Origin: Clostridia bacterium
GTDB lineage: Bacteria > Bacillota > Clostridia > Oscillospirales > CAG-272
Direction: 5' to 3'
NCBI GenBank assembly: GCA_017445085.1
Contig: JAFSUT010000099.1
Coordinates: forward strand, 1-52,427
Length of the DNA: 52,427 bases
Shown here: positions 19,812 through 29,636 of the stretch, piece after piece
Layout: each line of letters opens with the position of its first letter
Position numbering within the stretch: the first letter of the stretch is position 1
The notes under the pieces: model-generated
Databases searched by the model: none
What the model was told of the DNA's origin: nothing
What the model saw: only the letters and a program-made list of their open reading frames with translations
Translations under genes and position numbers: made by a program

Positions 19812-21766
19812 TTGCCGCTCTCCCTCTGCATTACGAATACGCACACCGGATTTTGCGCCATCATCAGGTGATATTTCCCCGCCGCCTTTGCGCGTGCGAT
19901 ATTGACGCTCACCGCCTCAAAACGGTCAAAACCGTATTCCCCCGCAAGAGCAAACGCCTCTGCCTGCGACTCCGCCGTGACAGTATTCATCACCACGCGA
20001 ACGGTTGGATTCTTTTTGAGGAGAAGATCAAAGATCCCGCGCAGATTTCCGCCGCTGCCGCCGATAAAAGCGTGCGTGGGCGCCGGCAGATCTTGCAGCG
20101 CCGCAGGCGCCGTTCCAAAGACGGGGATGAGATTGTCGGTTTGAAATTTGATTTTATTTTGTTCGATCAGCGAAAGCGCGTCCGCCTCTTTTTCGATCGC
20201 ATAGACCCGCCCGTCGAGCGCCGCCAGCGCACATTCCACAGAGACCGATCCTGTCCCCGCGCCGATATCCCACACGACGGCGTCTGTGGGCAGGCGCAGT
20301 TTGGAAAGCGTGAGCGCGCGCACCTCCGCCTTCGTCATCGGCACCTCGCCGCGCACAAATTCGCCGTCGTCGATGCCAAAGCGCACCGCGCCCTGTGCGG
20401 CGGGATTTTCCGCAAACACAAGCGAGAGCGGCGCATACGTCGCCGCCGAAAGATCGGCGGCGCACCCGCGCACGATCCGCTCGTTTTTGCAAGAGAGATT
20501 TTCGCCGACGGCGCAAAGGAGATCCCCAAACCCGTAGGCGGTCAGTTTTTCAAGCACCGCCTGCGGCGTGTTTTCGCCGCCGCACAAAAAGAAGACTTTG
20601 CGGTGGCGGCGCACGGCGGACACCGCGTCCCCCTCCCTGCCGTGCAAACTGCAAAACGCCGCGTCTTCCCAGCTGACGCCGAGTTTTGCGGCAAACGCCG
20701 AAAGCGAGGATACCCCGGGGATGACCTCGATCCCGTCGCCGCCGAGTTCTTTGAGGATCTTCGCTGCGCCGCTGAAAAAGCCGGTATCGCCGCGAAAGAC
20801 AAGGGCGGCGCGGCGGATGGACGGATGCGCCGCAAGCACCGTGCGCACCTTCTCCGGCGTATAGGCGGAAAAGGTCGGCTTGTCGGTGCAAAGCGCCTCC
20901 ACGACCGAGGGGGCGCCGATCACGGCGTCACACGCCGCAAGCGCTGCCTGCGCCGCGGGCGTCAAAAGAGAGGCGCCCCCGGGACCGATGCCGACAAGGC
21001 AGATCTGTTGCGTTTTGAGCGGATAGATCTTTGCAAGTTCCTCCACCGCCGCCTCCGGCGTTACCCCCGTGCGCTCGCGCGGCTGTCCGATGATGACGAT
21101 CTGCACACCGGCGGTACGGGCGGCGTTGATTTTTTCCGCAAAGCCGCCGGCTTTGCCCGACGCCTTGGTGACCATATACTTTGCCTGCGTCCTGCGGAGT
21201 TCCGCCAAATTCAGTTCTTCGCTGAACGGGCCCTGCGCGGCGATGATGTGCGCCGGCGGGATCCCGACATCCGCACAGGCGGCAAGCGAGGAGGAAAGCG
21301 GCAAAACGCGTGCGAAAACGCGCGACATATCGAGCCCCCGATACGCCGGGAGTTCCTTTGCGCCCGTGGTGAGAAAAATATTTCCCTGCCGCGCCGCGAG
21401 ATAATCGCACGCCGCCTGTGCGCTGTCCACGTAGACGGCGTCCGGGACGTCGTCCTCGCACGCACGCAAAACGCGCAGGAGCGGCAGACGGGCATCCGCC
21501 GCCGCACGTGCGATATTTTCGCTGGCGAGCTGCGCGTAAGGATGCGTTGCGTCAATGACTCTGTCAAAGCGGCGGTCGGCAAAAAACGCCGCCATTTCGC
21601 GGGCGTCCATACGTCCCGTATGCACGGTGATTCCCTCGATCTCATCGAGGAGGACCTCCCCGTACTCGGTGGCGACGCACACGGTCACCTCCGCCGCGTC
21701 TTTTAAGAGGTCTGCAAAAAATCTACCCTCGGTCGTCCCGGCAAAAATACAAATTTTATCTGCCAT
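19808..21766 (-). CDS. fusion protein: precorrin-6A reductase (CbiJ) + precorrin-6B C5,15-methyltransferase/decarboxylase (CbiE + CbiT)
   Basis: 652 aa. N-terminus MADKICIFAGTTEGR (CbiJ/CobK). Middle ICLVGIGPGGASLLT (tetrapyrrole methylase, CbiE). C-terminus VWDIGAGTGSVSVE (SAM-methyltransferase motif I, CbiT). Confidence 0.85.
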   Translation of the reverse strand: MADKICIFAGTTEGRFFADLLKDAAEVTVCVATEYGEVLLDEIEGITVHTGRMDAREMAAFFADRRFDRVIDATHPYAQLASENIARAAADARLPLLRVLRACEDDVPDAVYVDSAQAACDYLAARQGNIFLTTGAKELPAYRGLDMSRVFARVLPLSSSLAACADVGIPPAHIIAAQGPFSEELNLAELRRTQAKYMVTKASGKAGGFAEKINAARTAGVQIVIIGQPRERTGVTPEAAVEELAKIYPLKTQQICLVGIGPGGASLLTPAAQAALAACDAVIGAPSVVEALCTDKPTFSAYTPEKVRTVLAAHPSIRRAALVFRGDTGFFSGAAKILKELGGDGIEVIPGVSSLSAFAAKLGVSWEDAAFCSLHGREGDAVSAVRRHRKVFFLCGGENTPQAVLEKLTAYGFGDLLCAVGENLSCKNERIVRGCAADLSAATYAPLSLVFAENPAAQGAVRFGIDDGEFVRGEVPMTKAEVRALTLSKLRLPTDAVVWDIGAGTGSVSVECALAALDGRVYAIEKEADALSLIEQNKIKFQTDNLIPVFGTAPAALQDLPAPTHAFIGGSGGNLRGIFDLLLKKNPTVRVVMNTVTAESQAEAFALAGEYGFDRFEAVSVNIARAKAAGKYHLMMAQNPVCVFVMQRESGK

Positions 21767-21793
21767 TTGCGACGTTTCCTCCCTGAAAATTTA

Positions 21794-22531
21794 TTAAACG
21801 GGCGATCTCGGCGTGACCATTTTGCCGCCGATACACGCGGTGGTCGAATTGCCGATAAACACGGTGGTAAACATATCCACGGGCGTTTTTGCAAGTTCGG
21901 CAAGCGACAGGACGCGAAAACTCTCGCCCGCGCGCCCGATATTTTGCGCAATGCCGCAAATAGTTTCCGGCGCACGGGTGCGCAGGACGATCTCGCACGC
22001 CCTTTGCAGATAGTCGGCGCGCTTACGGCTTGACGGATTGTACAGTACGATGCAAAAATCTCCCTGTGCCGCCGCGCAAAGCCGCCGCTCGATCACCTCG
22101 TACGGCATCAGCAGATCCGACAGGCTGATGACCGCAAAATCGGCGGTCAGCGGTGCGCCGAGCAGCGCCGCGCCGGAGGAGGCGGCGGTGACGCCGACGA
22201 TCACTTCCACCTCCACGCCGTACGCGGGGGCAAGCGCAAGCACGGGCGCCGCCATCCCGTAGATGCCGGCGTCCCCCGAAGAGACCATTGCGCACACTTT
22301 TCCGTCCGCCGCGTGTTCCAGCGCCATACGGCAGCGTTCCATCTCGTGCATCATCGGCGTGGAAAGGAATTCTTTATCCGGAAAATAAGGCTTTAACAAA
22401 TCACAGTAGACGGTATAACCGACGATGAGATCAACGCGCCCAAGCGCCCGCACGGCGCCGACCGTCATCCCCTCATAGTTTCCCGCGCCGATGCCGACGA
22501 CGTATAACTTTTTCAAAAGTCGATCCCCCAT
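21794..22531 (-). CDS. cbiH: cobalt-factor III / precorrin-3B C17-methyltransferase
   Basis: LYVVGIGAGNYEGMT, GDAGIYGM and ISLSDLLMPYEVIERR motifs. An alternative TTG start at 22514-22516 would give a TTGA overlap with the cbiG stop. Confidence 0.9.
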   Translation of the reverse strand: MGDRLLKKLYVVGIGAGNYEGMTVGAVRALGRVDLIVGYTVYCDLLKPYFPDKEFLSTPMMHEMERCRMALEHAADGKVCAMVSSGDAGIYGMAAPVLALAPAYGVEVEVIVGVTAASSGAALLGAPLTADFAVISLSDLLMPYEVIERRLCAAAQGDFCIVLYNPSSRKRADYLQRACEIVLRTRAPETICGIAQNIGRAGESFRVLSLAELAKTPVDMFTTVFIGNSTTACIGGKMVTPRSPV

Positions 22532-23529
22532 TCTTTTTCCGAAACGGCGACCGTTACGCCGTGTGCGGCGGTCTTACGCACAAGCAGTCTGCCGCCCGCA
22601 AGCACGGCGGCACGCTCACAAACGTTGCCCACGCCGACCGTTTGCCTCACAAATGCAGACTCGGTAAAGTCACCGCGCACGGCGCAAAGTTCCTCCGCGG
22701 TGTAAAACACCGTCGGCACACCGCAGGCTGCGGCAAACGCCGAAAGCCCCGCCTCGTCTTTTTTGATATCAATGGTGGCGATCTCGGACACCGCGAAAAG
22801 ATCCAGCCGATGCTCGGCAAAAACGTTTTCGACCGCCGCTTTGATGCACGCCGCCGACGTCCCCCGACGACAGCCGACGCCGAGGACGAGCGCGCGCGGC
22901 ACAAGTCGAAGCGTTTCGTCAAACGGCGCTTTTTCGTAAACGCCGATATAAATGCCGCATTCGCCGCGCTCGCCGCGCATGAGTCCGTGCGGCAGGGTCT
23001 CCGGCAACGGGCGCTCGGCGCAGATCGGCACGTCGTGCGCCAGAACGGCGGCGGAGATCTCTTTTGCCCTTTGCAGGGACGAGATCGCAAAGCCGTGTTC
23101 TGCCGCCCATGCATCGGCGGAGAATTTCCCCGCGCCGTCGGTGGAGGTGGTCACCGCCGCCACGGCGCCGATATCCGCCGCGATTTTCCGCGCCAGGCGA
23201 TTGGCGCCGCCGATGTGTCCCGACAAGATCGGGATGACGTATTGTCCGCCGTCGTCGATGACGAGAACGGCAGGGTCGGTCGCCTTGCTCCCGAGATGCG
23301 GCGCGATCTCGCGCACGGCGATGCCGCACGCGCCGATAAAGATCAGCGCGTCGTTTTCGCAAAACAGTCCGCCCATATCCTCACCGACGCGCCCATGCGC
23401 GGTAAAGCCGTGCGCCGCCGCAAATTTTTCCGTGGTGTGGACACAGGCGTTTTGGATCTCCAACCGTCGGCAAAGCCGCTCTGCCAGATCCGCGCCCGCC
23501 GCCGAAAAACAAAACAGACAGATCTTCAT
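22513..23529 (-). CDS. cbiG: cobalt-precorrin-5A hydrolase
   Basis: 338 aa with the two-domain CbiG pattern (GACGIAVREIAP..., LVLGVGCRRG..., ATIDIKKDE). Confidence 0.85.
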   Translation of the reverse strand: MKICLFCFSAAGADLAERLCRRLEIQNACVHTTEKFAAAHGFTAHGRVGEDMGGLFCENDALIFIGACGIAVREIAPHLGSKATDPAVLVIDDGGQYVIPILSGHIGGANRLARKIAADIGAVAAVTTSTDGAGKFSADAWAAEHGFAISSLQRAKEISAAVLAHDVPICAERPLPETLPHGLMRGERGECGIYIGVYEKAPFDETLRLVPRALVLGVGCRRGTSAACIKAAVENVFAEHRLDLFAVSEIATIDIKKDEAGLSAFAAACGVPTVFYTAEELCAVRGDFTESAFVRQTVGVGNVCERAAVLAGGRLLVRKTAAHGVTVAVSEKEWGIDF

Positions 23530-24281
23530 TTGCTCGCCTCCCGAAATTCGGTGGAAAAGGAGGGATGATATAACATCGAGCGCGCAAAATCGGTATCGAG
23601 GACGCGCCCGACGACGATCAGCGCGGTCTTGGAAATATGGTTTTCCGCCGCCGTCTTTTCAAGGGTCGCAAGGGTGCAGCGCAAGACTTTTTCCTCCGGC
23701 CACGACGCCTTGTACACGATCGCGGCGGGCGTATCCGCGGCGTAGCCGCCCTCTGTCAGCGCCGCCGTCACTTTGCCGAGGAGTCCGGTGCTTAAAAACA
23801 GGACCATGGTCGCGCCGTGCGCGGCAAGAGCGGAAAGTTTTTCACGCGCGGGGACGGGGGTCGCCCCCTCGGCACGCGTGATGATGACCGTTTGCGAAAC
23901 GTCGGGCAGCGTATACTCGATGTTCAGAGCGGCGGCGGCACCGGCAAAAGCGCTGACGCCCGGCGTGATATCGTATTTGATCCCGTGCGCGTCAAACGCG
24001 CGCATCTGCTCCCCGATGGCGCCGTAGAGCGAGGGGTCGCCGGTGTGCAGGCGCACGGTCGTTTTTCCGTCGCGCTCGGCGGCGGCGACAACGTCGACGA
24101 TCTCTTCCAGCGTCATTTTCGCGCTGTCGTAGACGGCGCAGCCGTCCTTGGCGTACGCCAAAAGCGCGGGATTGACGAGCGAGCCGGCGTAGATGATCAC
24201 GTCGGCGCGGTCAAGATACGCCTTACCGCGCAGGGTGATGAGGTCGGGCGCGCCGCATCCGGCGCCTACAATATGCACCAT
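23526..24281 (-). CDS. cbiF: cobalt-precorrin-4 C11-methyltransferase
   Basis: 251 aa. MVHIVGAGCGAPDLITLRG and HTGDPSLYGA motifs. Confidence 0.9.
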   Translation of the reverse strand: MVHIVGAGCGAPDLITLRGKAYLDRADVIIYAGSLVNPALLAYAKDGCAVYDSAKMTLEEIVDVVAAAERDGKTTVRLHTGDPSLYGAIGEQMRAFDAHGIKYDITPGVSAFAGAAAALNIEYTLPDVSQTVIITRAEGATPVPAREKLSALAAHGATMVLFLSTGLLGKVTAALTEGGYAADTPAAIVYKASWPEEKVLRCTLATLEKTAAENHISKTALIVVGRVLDTDFARSMLYHPSFSTEFREASK

Positions 24282-24282
24282 A

Positions 24283-25422
24283 TCAGTATTCCTTTCGGAT
24301 CTGTTTCAAAATTTCATCGGCATTTTCGGTTTTGCCGAGCGTGCCATACACTTTGGAAAAGGTCAAGACCCCGGTTTGCATCCCGACGGGATACCGTGCG
24401 CGCAGTTCTGCCGCCGTTTTATCGAGGACGCTTTGCAAAACGGCTTCGCGCAGCCCCGCGCCGTCAAGGATCGCCAGCATATCGTCGGTGACGGCGCTGT
24501 CCATGATCGCAACGACCTCTTTTCTGCCGGCGCCGCAAAGCGCGGCGTGCGCGGCAAAGATCTCGGCGCGGCAGTCGCCGTAGCGCGAGTGGGTATTGAA
24601 CATCCCGCCCGCAAGTTTGACGAGTTTTCCGATATGCCCGACGAGGAGCGCGGAGGTAAAGCCGTATTCCGCCGCCATACCAAAGGCGGCGCCGATAAAG
24701 TTTGAGGTGGTGACCGCCGCCGCGGGGTCGATATGCAATACGTCCCGGATATGATCCGCGCCGTAATTGCCCGGCGTGAGCAAAACCGCGGTTTTGCCGC
24801 TTGCCGCGCGCATCGAAAGTTCGGCGCGGATGGTTTCCACCACCGCCTCGTCGCTCATCGGCTCGACGATGCCGGTGGTGCCGAGGATGGAGATCCCGCC
24901 GACGATCCCGAGGCGCGGATTAAAGGTCTTTTCTGCGATCTTTTCGCCCCCCGGCACAGAGATCCGCACCGAAAAGCCGCCGACGTAGCCGTAGTCTTCG
25001 CCTACGGCGCGGAGTTCGGCTTCGATCATCCGCCGCGGCGTGGAGTTGATGGCGGCGTGCCCGACCGGTTGGTCAAGCCCCGGTTTTGTCACCCTGCCGA
25101 CGCCCTCTCCGCCATCGATTTCGACCGTATACGGTCGGTCGGTCTTTTCCACACGGGCATATACCGTGACGCCGTCGGTCACGTCCGGGTCGTCGCCGCT
25201 GTCCTTGACGATGCCGCAAGAGGCAAAGTCCGCGGAGAGCGCGACGTCGCAAACGGCGAGGTCCAGGGCTGTGCCGCGCGGCGTGATCAGATGCACGCGC
25301 TCAAGTTTTTGACCCGAAAGCAGCATCAGCGCCGCCGATTTTGCCGCGGCGGCGGCGCAAGTGCCCGTCGTATAGCCGCGGCGAAGTTTTTTTCCGTCTT
25401 TTGTGATAAACTCGTCTGTCAT
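24283..25422 (-). CDS. cbiD: cobalt-precorrin-5B C1-methyltransferase
   Basis: 379 aa. LRRGYTTGTCAAAA N-terminal motif and GISILGTTGIVEPMS. Confidence 0.9.
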   Translation of the reverse strand: MTDEFITKDGKKLRRGYTTGTCAAAAAKSAALMLLSGQKLERVHLITPRGTALDLAVCDVALSADFASCGIVKDSGDDPDVTDGVTVYARVEKTDRPYTVEIDGGEGVGRVTKPGLDQPVGHAAINSTPRRMIEAELRAVGEDYGYVGGFSVRISVPGGEKIAEKTFNPRLGIVGGISILGTTGIVEPMSDEAVVETIRAELSMRAASGKTAVLLTPGNYGADHIRDVLHIDPAAAVTTSNFIGAAFGMAAEYGFTSALLVGHIGKLVKLAGGMFNTHSRYGDCRAEIFAAHAALCGAGRKEVVAIMDSAVTDDMLAILDGAGLREAVLQSVLDKTAAELRARYPVGMQTGVLTFSKVYGTLGKTENADEILKQIRKEY

Positions 25423-26036
25423 CTCGTGATCTCGTACATCAGCGCGTTAACGATCGCCGCGGCGACGTTGGAGCCGCCCTTCCTCCCTCTTGCAACGATA
25501 TAGGGGACGCCCGTGTGCATGATCTCTTCCTTTGACTCGACCACGTTGACAAATCCGACCGGCACGCCGATGACAAGGCGCGGCGCGAGAGCGCCCGCGT
25601 CGATGAGCTCGCATAGCTTGAGGAGCGCCGTCGGCGCGTTGCCCACCGCAAAAATCAGCGGCTTTTTCAGTTTTGCCGCCTTTTCCATCGAAACGGCGGC
25701 GCGGGTAATACCGCGCGTCTTGGCTTCTGCGGCGACGTCGGGATCGCTCATAAAACAGTGGATCTCACACCCGAGGCGGGCTGCCGCCGCCTTGTTGACG
25801 CCGGATCTTGCCATTTGCGTATCGGTCACGATGTCGCACCCTCCGCGCAAGGCGGCAAGCGCAAGTTCTACGGCGTGCGCTGAAAAGCAAAGATTGACCG
25901 CATAATCAAAATCGGCGGTACAGTGGATGACCCGCTTGACCACCGCCCGGTGTTCCTCCGGGATTTCAGCGGTAAGTTCACTCTCGATGATCTGCATACT
26001 GCGCGCTTCGATCTGCGCGGGATCGGTGATGATCAT
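25419..26036 (-). CDS. cbiC: cobalt-precorrin-8 methylmutase
   Basis: The internal start MIITDPAQIEARS (ATGA overlap with the cbiA stop) gives 205 aa with VIHCTADFDY and VGNAPTAL motifs. Confidence 0.9.
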   Translation of the reverse strand: MIITDPAQIEARSMQIIESELTAEIPEEHRAVVKRVIHCTADFDYAVNLCFSAHAVELALAALRGGCDIVTDTQMARSGVNKAAAARLGCEIHCFMSDPDVAAEAKTRGITRAAVSMEKAAKLKKPLIFAVGNAPTALLKLCELIDAGALAPRLVIGVPVGFVNVVESKEEIMHTGVPYIVARGRKGGSNVAAAIVNALMYEITR

Positions 26037-27385
26037 ATCCTGTCCTCCTTGTACCGTAAACATTTTTGATAAAAGCATTCCGCCGCGGAAAGCGAGGCGG
26101 GCAGATAGAGATGCGGATAGCCGGCGTAGAGCGTTTCGGTCAAAATGCCGCAGTCCCACGCCCTGCCGCTCGGTTTTTGCGCGGTAAAGGCGTCGCCGCA
26201 GGCGCTGCTGTCAAAATAGTGGAACTCATGGGCGGGCAGTACCGTACCCGCGCCGCCGAGCAATCCGCCGTGCTTTGCCGTGAGCGTGATATACCCAAAG
26301 CGCACGAGTTTGCCCGTATCAAACGAGACGTGCGGCAAGGCGCCGCACATTTTTTTGCCGGCAAGTTCTACGCCGAGATACTGAAATCCGCCGCACTCGG
26401 CGATCGTCGGCATTCCGGCGCATACCGCCGCGCGCACGCTCTCTTTTGCGCGCAGGTTTTTCGCCAGCGTATCGGCGTACAGTTCGGGATAACCGCCGCC
26501 GAGCAGGAGCCCGTCGCAATCCTTTGGCAGAGGCTCGTCGGAAAGCGGTGAGAAAAAGCAAAGTTCGGCGCCCATTTCGGAAAAGAGGCGCAGCGTATCG
26601 TCATAGTAAAAGCAAAAGGCGTTGTCCCGCGCAACGGCAAGCCGCACGCTTGCAAAGCGCGGCGTGCGCGGCGGCTGACAGTCGATCTCCGGGGCGAGGT
26701 CGGCAAGCGACAAAATCGCGTCCGTATCCACCGTCTCGGCACAAATATCGGCAATTTTTTCGATCTTTGCCGCAAGGTCGGTGATCTCCGCCGCCGTCAC
26801 AAGTCCGAGGTGCCTTTGCGGGATGCGGCAGTCCTCCGGCAGGCGCGGAATATAGCCGACCGGGATGACTTTGCCGCCGAAATGCTCGTTTACCCACCGC
26901 TTAAGCATCGCATACTGCCCTTTGGTGGCGCGGTTGAACAAAACGCCGGCGATCCGGCTCTCCGGCACAAAGCGGAGAAAGCCCTCGATCGTTGCAAGGA
27001 GCGACGCGGCGGCGCCCCCCGCGTCCACGGTGAGGATCACCGGCGAGCGCGTTGCTTTGGCGACCGTAAACGTACTGTACGCCGTGCCGTCTTTCCCCGC
27101 GCCGTCGTAGTATCCCATCGCACCTTCGATCAGCGCAAGGCGCGCCCCGCTTGCACGGCAGAGTTGCGCACGCAACAGATCTTCATCACAGAAAAACGGG
27201 TCGAGATTTGCGCACGGCACGCCGGAAACCGCCCGATGGAACATCGGGTCGATATAATCCGGTCCGCATTTGTAGGCAAAAACCTCGATGCTCCGCCGCA
27301 AAAGCAACGCAAGAAGCGCGGAGACGGCGGTGGTTTTGCCGCTGCCGCTGGACGTGCCGGCGATCAAAACTCTCGATAACTTCAT
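26033..27385 (-). CDS. cbiA: cobyrinic acid a,c-diamide synthase
   Basis: 450 aa. N-terminal GTSSGSGKTT ATPase plus a C-terminal GATase (AECGGFQYLG). Confidence 0.9.
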   Translation of the reverse strand: MKLSRVLIAGTSSGSGKTTAVSALLALLLRRSIEVFAYKCGPDYIDPMFHRAVSGVPCANLDPFFCDEDLLRAQLCRASGARLALIEGAMGYYDGAGKDGTAYSTFTVAKATRSPVILTVDAGGAAASLLATIEGFLRFVPESRIAGVLFNRATKGQYAMLKRWVNEHFGGKVIPVGYIPRLPEDCRIPQRHLGLVTAAEITDLAAKIEKIADICAETVDTDAILSLADLAPEIDCQPPRTPRFASVRLAVARDNAFCFYYDDTLRLFSEMGAELCFFSPLSDEPLPKDCDGLLLGGGYPELYADTLAKNLRAKESVRAAVCAGMPTIAECGGFQYLGVELAGKKMCGALPHVSFDTGKLVRFGYITLTAKHGGLLGGAGTVLPAHEFHYFDSSACGDAFTAQKPSGRAWDCGILTETLYAGYPHLYLPASLSAAECFYQKCLRYKEDRI

Positions 27386-28539
27386 ACCGTCCCCTCCCGC
27401 GCGATCGCCGCGTCCAGCCCGTCAAGATCGGTCACTACCGTTTTGCCCGCGCCTGCCGCGTACTGCAAGAGTTCGGCGTTGCAGCGGTTGTACTCACCCA
27501 CCGGTGCGCCGCAGTTCAAAACGAGCGACGCCGCGTCGATCAGCGCCTTTGCCTTTGCCGTGTCCTGTGCCCTCGCCGCCTGAAACGGCGGCGTGCAAAC
27601 GACCTCTTGCGAGAGCGGCTTTGCAACGACAAGGTCGACGTCGCCCCAAAGCAGGATCCCCGCCGCAAACGGGACGCCGCGCTTTTGCAGGGCACGGTAA
27701 AACGGGATCCCGTATCCGCCGCCGCCGACGACGAAACAGCGCGGCGCACCGCACGGTGCGGGGAGTTCGATATTGCCGAGCAGGGCGCCAAACGAGCCAC
27801 GCTCGATGCCGTACAGGTCCCGGATCATTTCATCGGTAAAAATCTGATCCGGACTGCCGACGGCGGTGATCTCCCCGCCGCGCACGCAGACGATCCTGTC
27901 CGAGATCCGCGCCGCAAGGTCGATCTCGTGCAGGCTCATCAGGACGGCGATGCCGTCTTTTTTTGCCATATCGGACAAAATTTCAAGCAATTCGATCTTG
28001 TGCCGCACGTCGAGAAAGGAGGTCGGCTCGTCAAGGACGATGACCCGCGGCGTTTGACAAAGCGCGCGCGCCAGAAGGATCCTCTGCCGCTGCCCGTCGC
28101 TGATCGAGGAGATCTCCCGCGCGGCGAGTTCGGACGCGCGGACTTTGTCAAGCGCCGCGCCGACGATTTTTTTATCCTCGGGCGTGAGCGCACCGAAACT
28201 GCCGGTATACGGATACCGACCGGCGGCGACAAACTCAAAACAGGTCGTCATCTCCGGACGGATGCTGTCGGTAAAGACCGCCGCCATCTTTTGCGCGATC
28301 TCCCTGCCGCCGAGGAGGCGCATATCCTCCCCGTCGAGATACACCGTGCCCGCGAGCGCGGCAAGATGCCGCGTGATGCTTTTTAAGATGGTGGATTTTC
28401 CCGCGCCGTTGGGACCGATCAGCGTGACGATCTCCCCCGCGCGCAGGGAAAGCGCAATATCCGAAATCAGCGGCACGCCGCCATATCCGACGGTGAGCGC
28501 GTCCAGCGCAAGGCGCGTATCCTGTGCGTCAAATTTCAT
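27382..28539 (-). CDS. ABC transporter ATP-binding protein (FepC/BtuD type) with ~130-aa extra C-terminal domain
   Basis: Walker A GPNGAGKST, signature ISDGQRQR, Walker B VIVLDEPTS and the H-loop all lie in residues 1-250. Residues ~256-385 (CFVVGGGGYGIPFY...) are additional. ATGA overlap with cbiA. Confidence 0.85.
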   Translation of the reverse strand: MKFDAQDTRLALDALTVGYGGVPLISDIALSLRAGEIVTLIGPNGAGKSTILKSITRHLAALAGTVYLDGEDMRLLGGREIAQKMAAVFTDSIRPEMTTCFEFVAAGRYPYTGSFGALTPEDKKIVGAALDKVRASELAAREISSISDGQRQRILLARALCQTPRVIVLDEPTSFLDVRHKIELLEILSDMAKKDGIAVLMSLHEIDLAARISDRIVCVRGGEITAVGSPDQIFTDEMIRDLYGIERGSFGALLGNIELPAPCGAPRCFVVGGGGYGIPFYRALQKRGVPFAAGILLWGDVDLVVAKPLSQEVVCTPPFQAARAQDTAKAKALIDAASLVLNCGAPVGEYNRCNAELLQYAAGAGKTVVTDLDGLDAAIAREGTV

Positions 28540-29572
28540 TTTTTCGCCTCCCGAGAGCCATCAGCCGGATCACGATCGGTGCGCCGAGGACGCTTGTCAC
28601 GGTGCTGATGGAAAGTTCTGTCGGGGCAAACAGCGTCCGCGCAAACAGGTCGCACAAAACACAGAAGAGCGCCCCGCAGAGAAAGGTCGCGGGGATCATC
28701 CAAATCGGCTTTTGCGTTTTGAGGAGCCGCCGCGAAATGTGCGGCACGGCAACGCCGACAAACGAGATCGGTCCCGCAAATGCAACAACGACGGACGAAA
28801 GAACGCCCGTGAGCAGTACGAGCAGTACGCGAAAGGCGCGGACGTTGACGCCGAGGCTGTGCGCGTACCCCTCCCCGTAGAGATAGGCGCCCATCGGTTT
28901 GGAAAAGAGAAACGTGAGGATGAGCGCCGGAAAAATGATAAAAGCGGAAAAACGCACGTCCGCAAAAGTCGCGGCAGAAAAACTCCCGTGCGACCAATGC
29001 GTAAGACTTGCGATATCCGCGTCGTTTGCAAATTGAATCAAAATATCGGTCAGCGCAGAACAAATATAACTGACCATAATACCGATGACAAGGAGCGCCG
29101 ACATATTTTTCACCCTGACGCCGATGCCGAGGACGAGCAGGATGGAAAGCAATGCGCCGATCAAAGAAACGAGGACGGTAAAGAGCGGCGGCAAACTGCC
29201 TGCCGCGCCGTAGAGAAAAACGGCGGCAACCGTCAAAAACAGTTTTGCGCCGGACGAAATGCCCAGCACAAAAGGACCCGCGATCGGGTTGCGGAAAAAG
29301 GTTTGGATCAAAAAGCCGGAGAGCGAAAGCGCACCGCCGAGCAGGGCGGCAAGCGCGATCCTTGGGAGGCGGATCTTCCAAAGGATGTTATAGGCGGCAG
29401 GGTCGGACGTGTCGCCGTAAAAGAGAACGGAAAAAATCTTTTGCATGGGGATCTCCACGCTGCCGATGCAAATACTGCAAATCACCGCTGCAGAGAGAAA
29501 AGCAAAAAGCAGGAAAAGCACGACCGCACAGCGGCGGATCCTGTTTTGATGGATCGTTTGCAAAGAATCCAA
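28529..29572 (-). CDS. FecCD/BtuC-family ABC permease
   Basis: 347-aa polytopic protein with typical FecCD features (RLPRIALAALLGGALSLSG, GPISFVGVAVPHISRRL). Confidence 0.9.
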   Translation of the reverse strand: MDSLQTIHQNRIRRCAVVLFLLFAFLSAAVICSICIGSVEIPMQKIFSVLFYGDTSDPAAYNILWKIRLPRIALAALLGGALSLSGFLIQTFFRNPIAGPFVLGISSGAKLFLTVAAVFLYGAAGSLPPLFTVLVSLIGALLSILLVLGIGVRVKNMSALLVIGIMVSYICSALTDILIQFANDADIASLTHWSHGSFSAATFADVRFSAFIIFPALILTFLFSKPMGAYLYGEGYAHSLGVNVRAFRVLLVLLTGVLSSVVVAFAGPISFVGVAVPHISRRLLKTQKPIWMIPATFLCGALFCVLCDLFARTLFAPTELSISTVTSVLGAPIVIRLMALGRRKNEI

Positions 29573-29603
29573 ATGGCATTTCCCCTTTCACAAAACCGCC
29601 GCG

Positions 29604-29629
29604 GCGGCAAAGTCAATAGACTTTGCCGC
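29604..29629 (-). other. intercistronic stem-loop after the binding-protein gene
   Basis: 11-bp perfect stem GCGGCAAAGTC / GACTTTGCCGC with a 4-nt loop and no U-tract. Located between the SBP stop and the permease start. Confidence 0.4.
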
Positions 29630-29636
29630 ACGGCTG

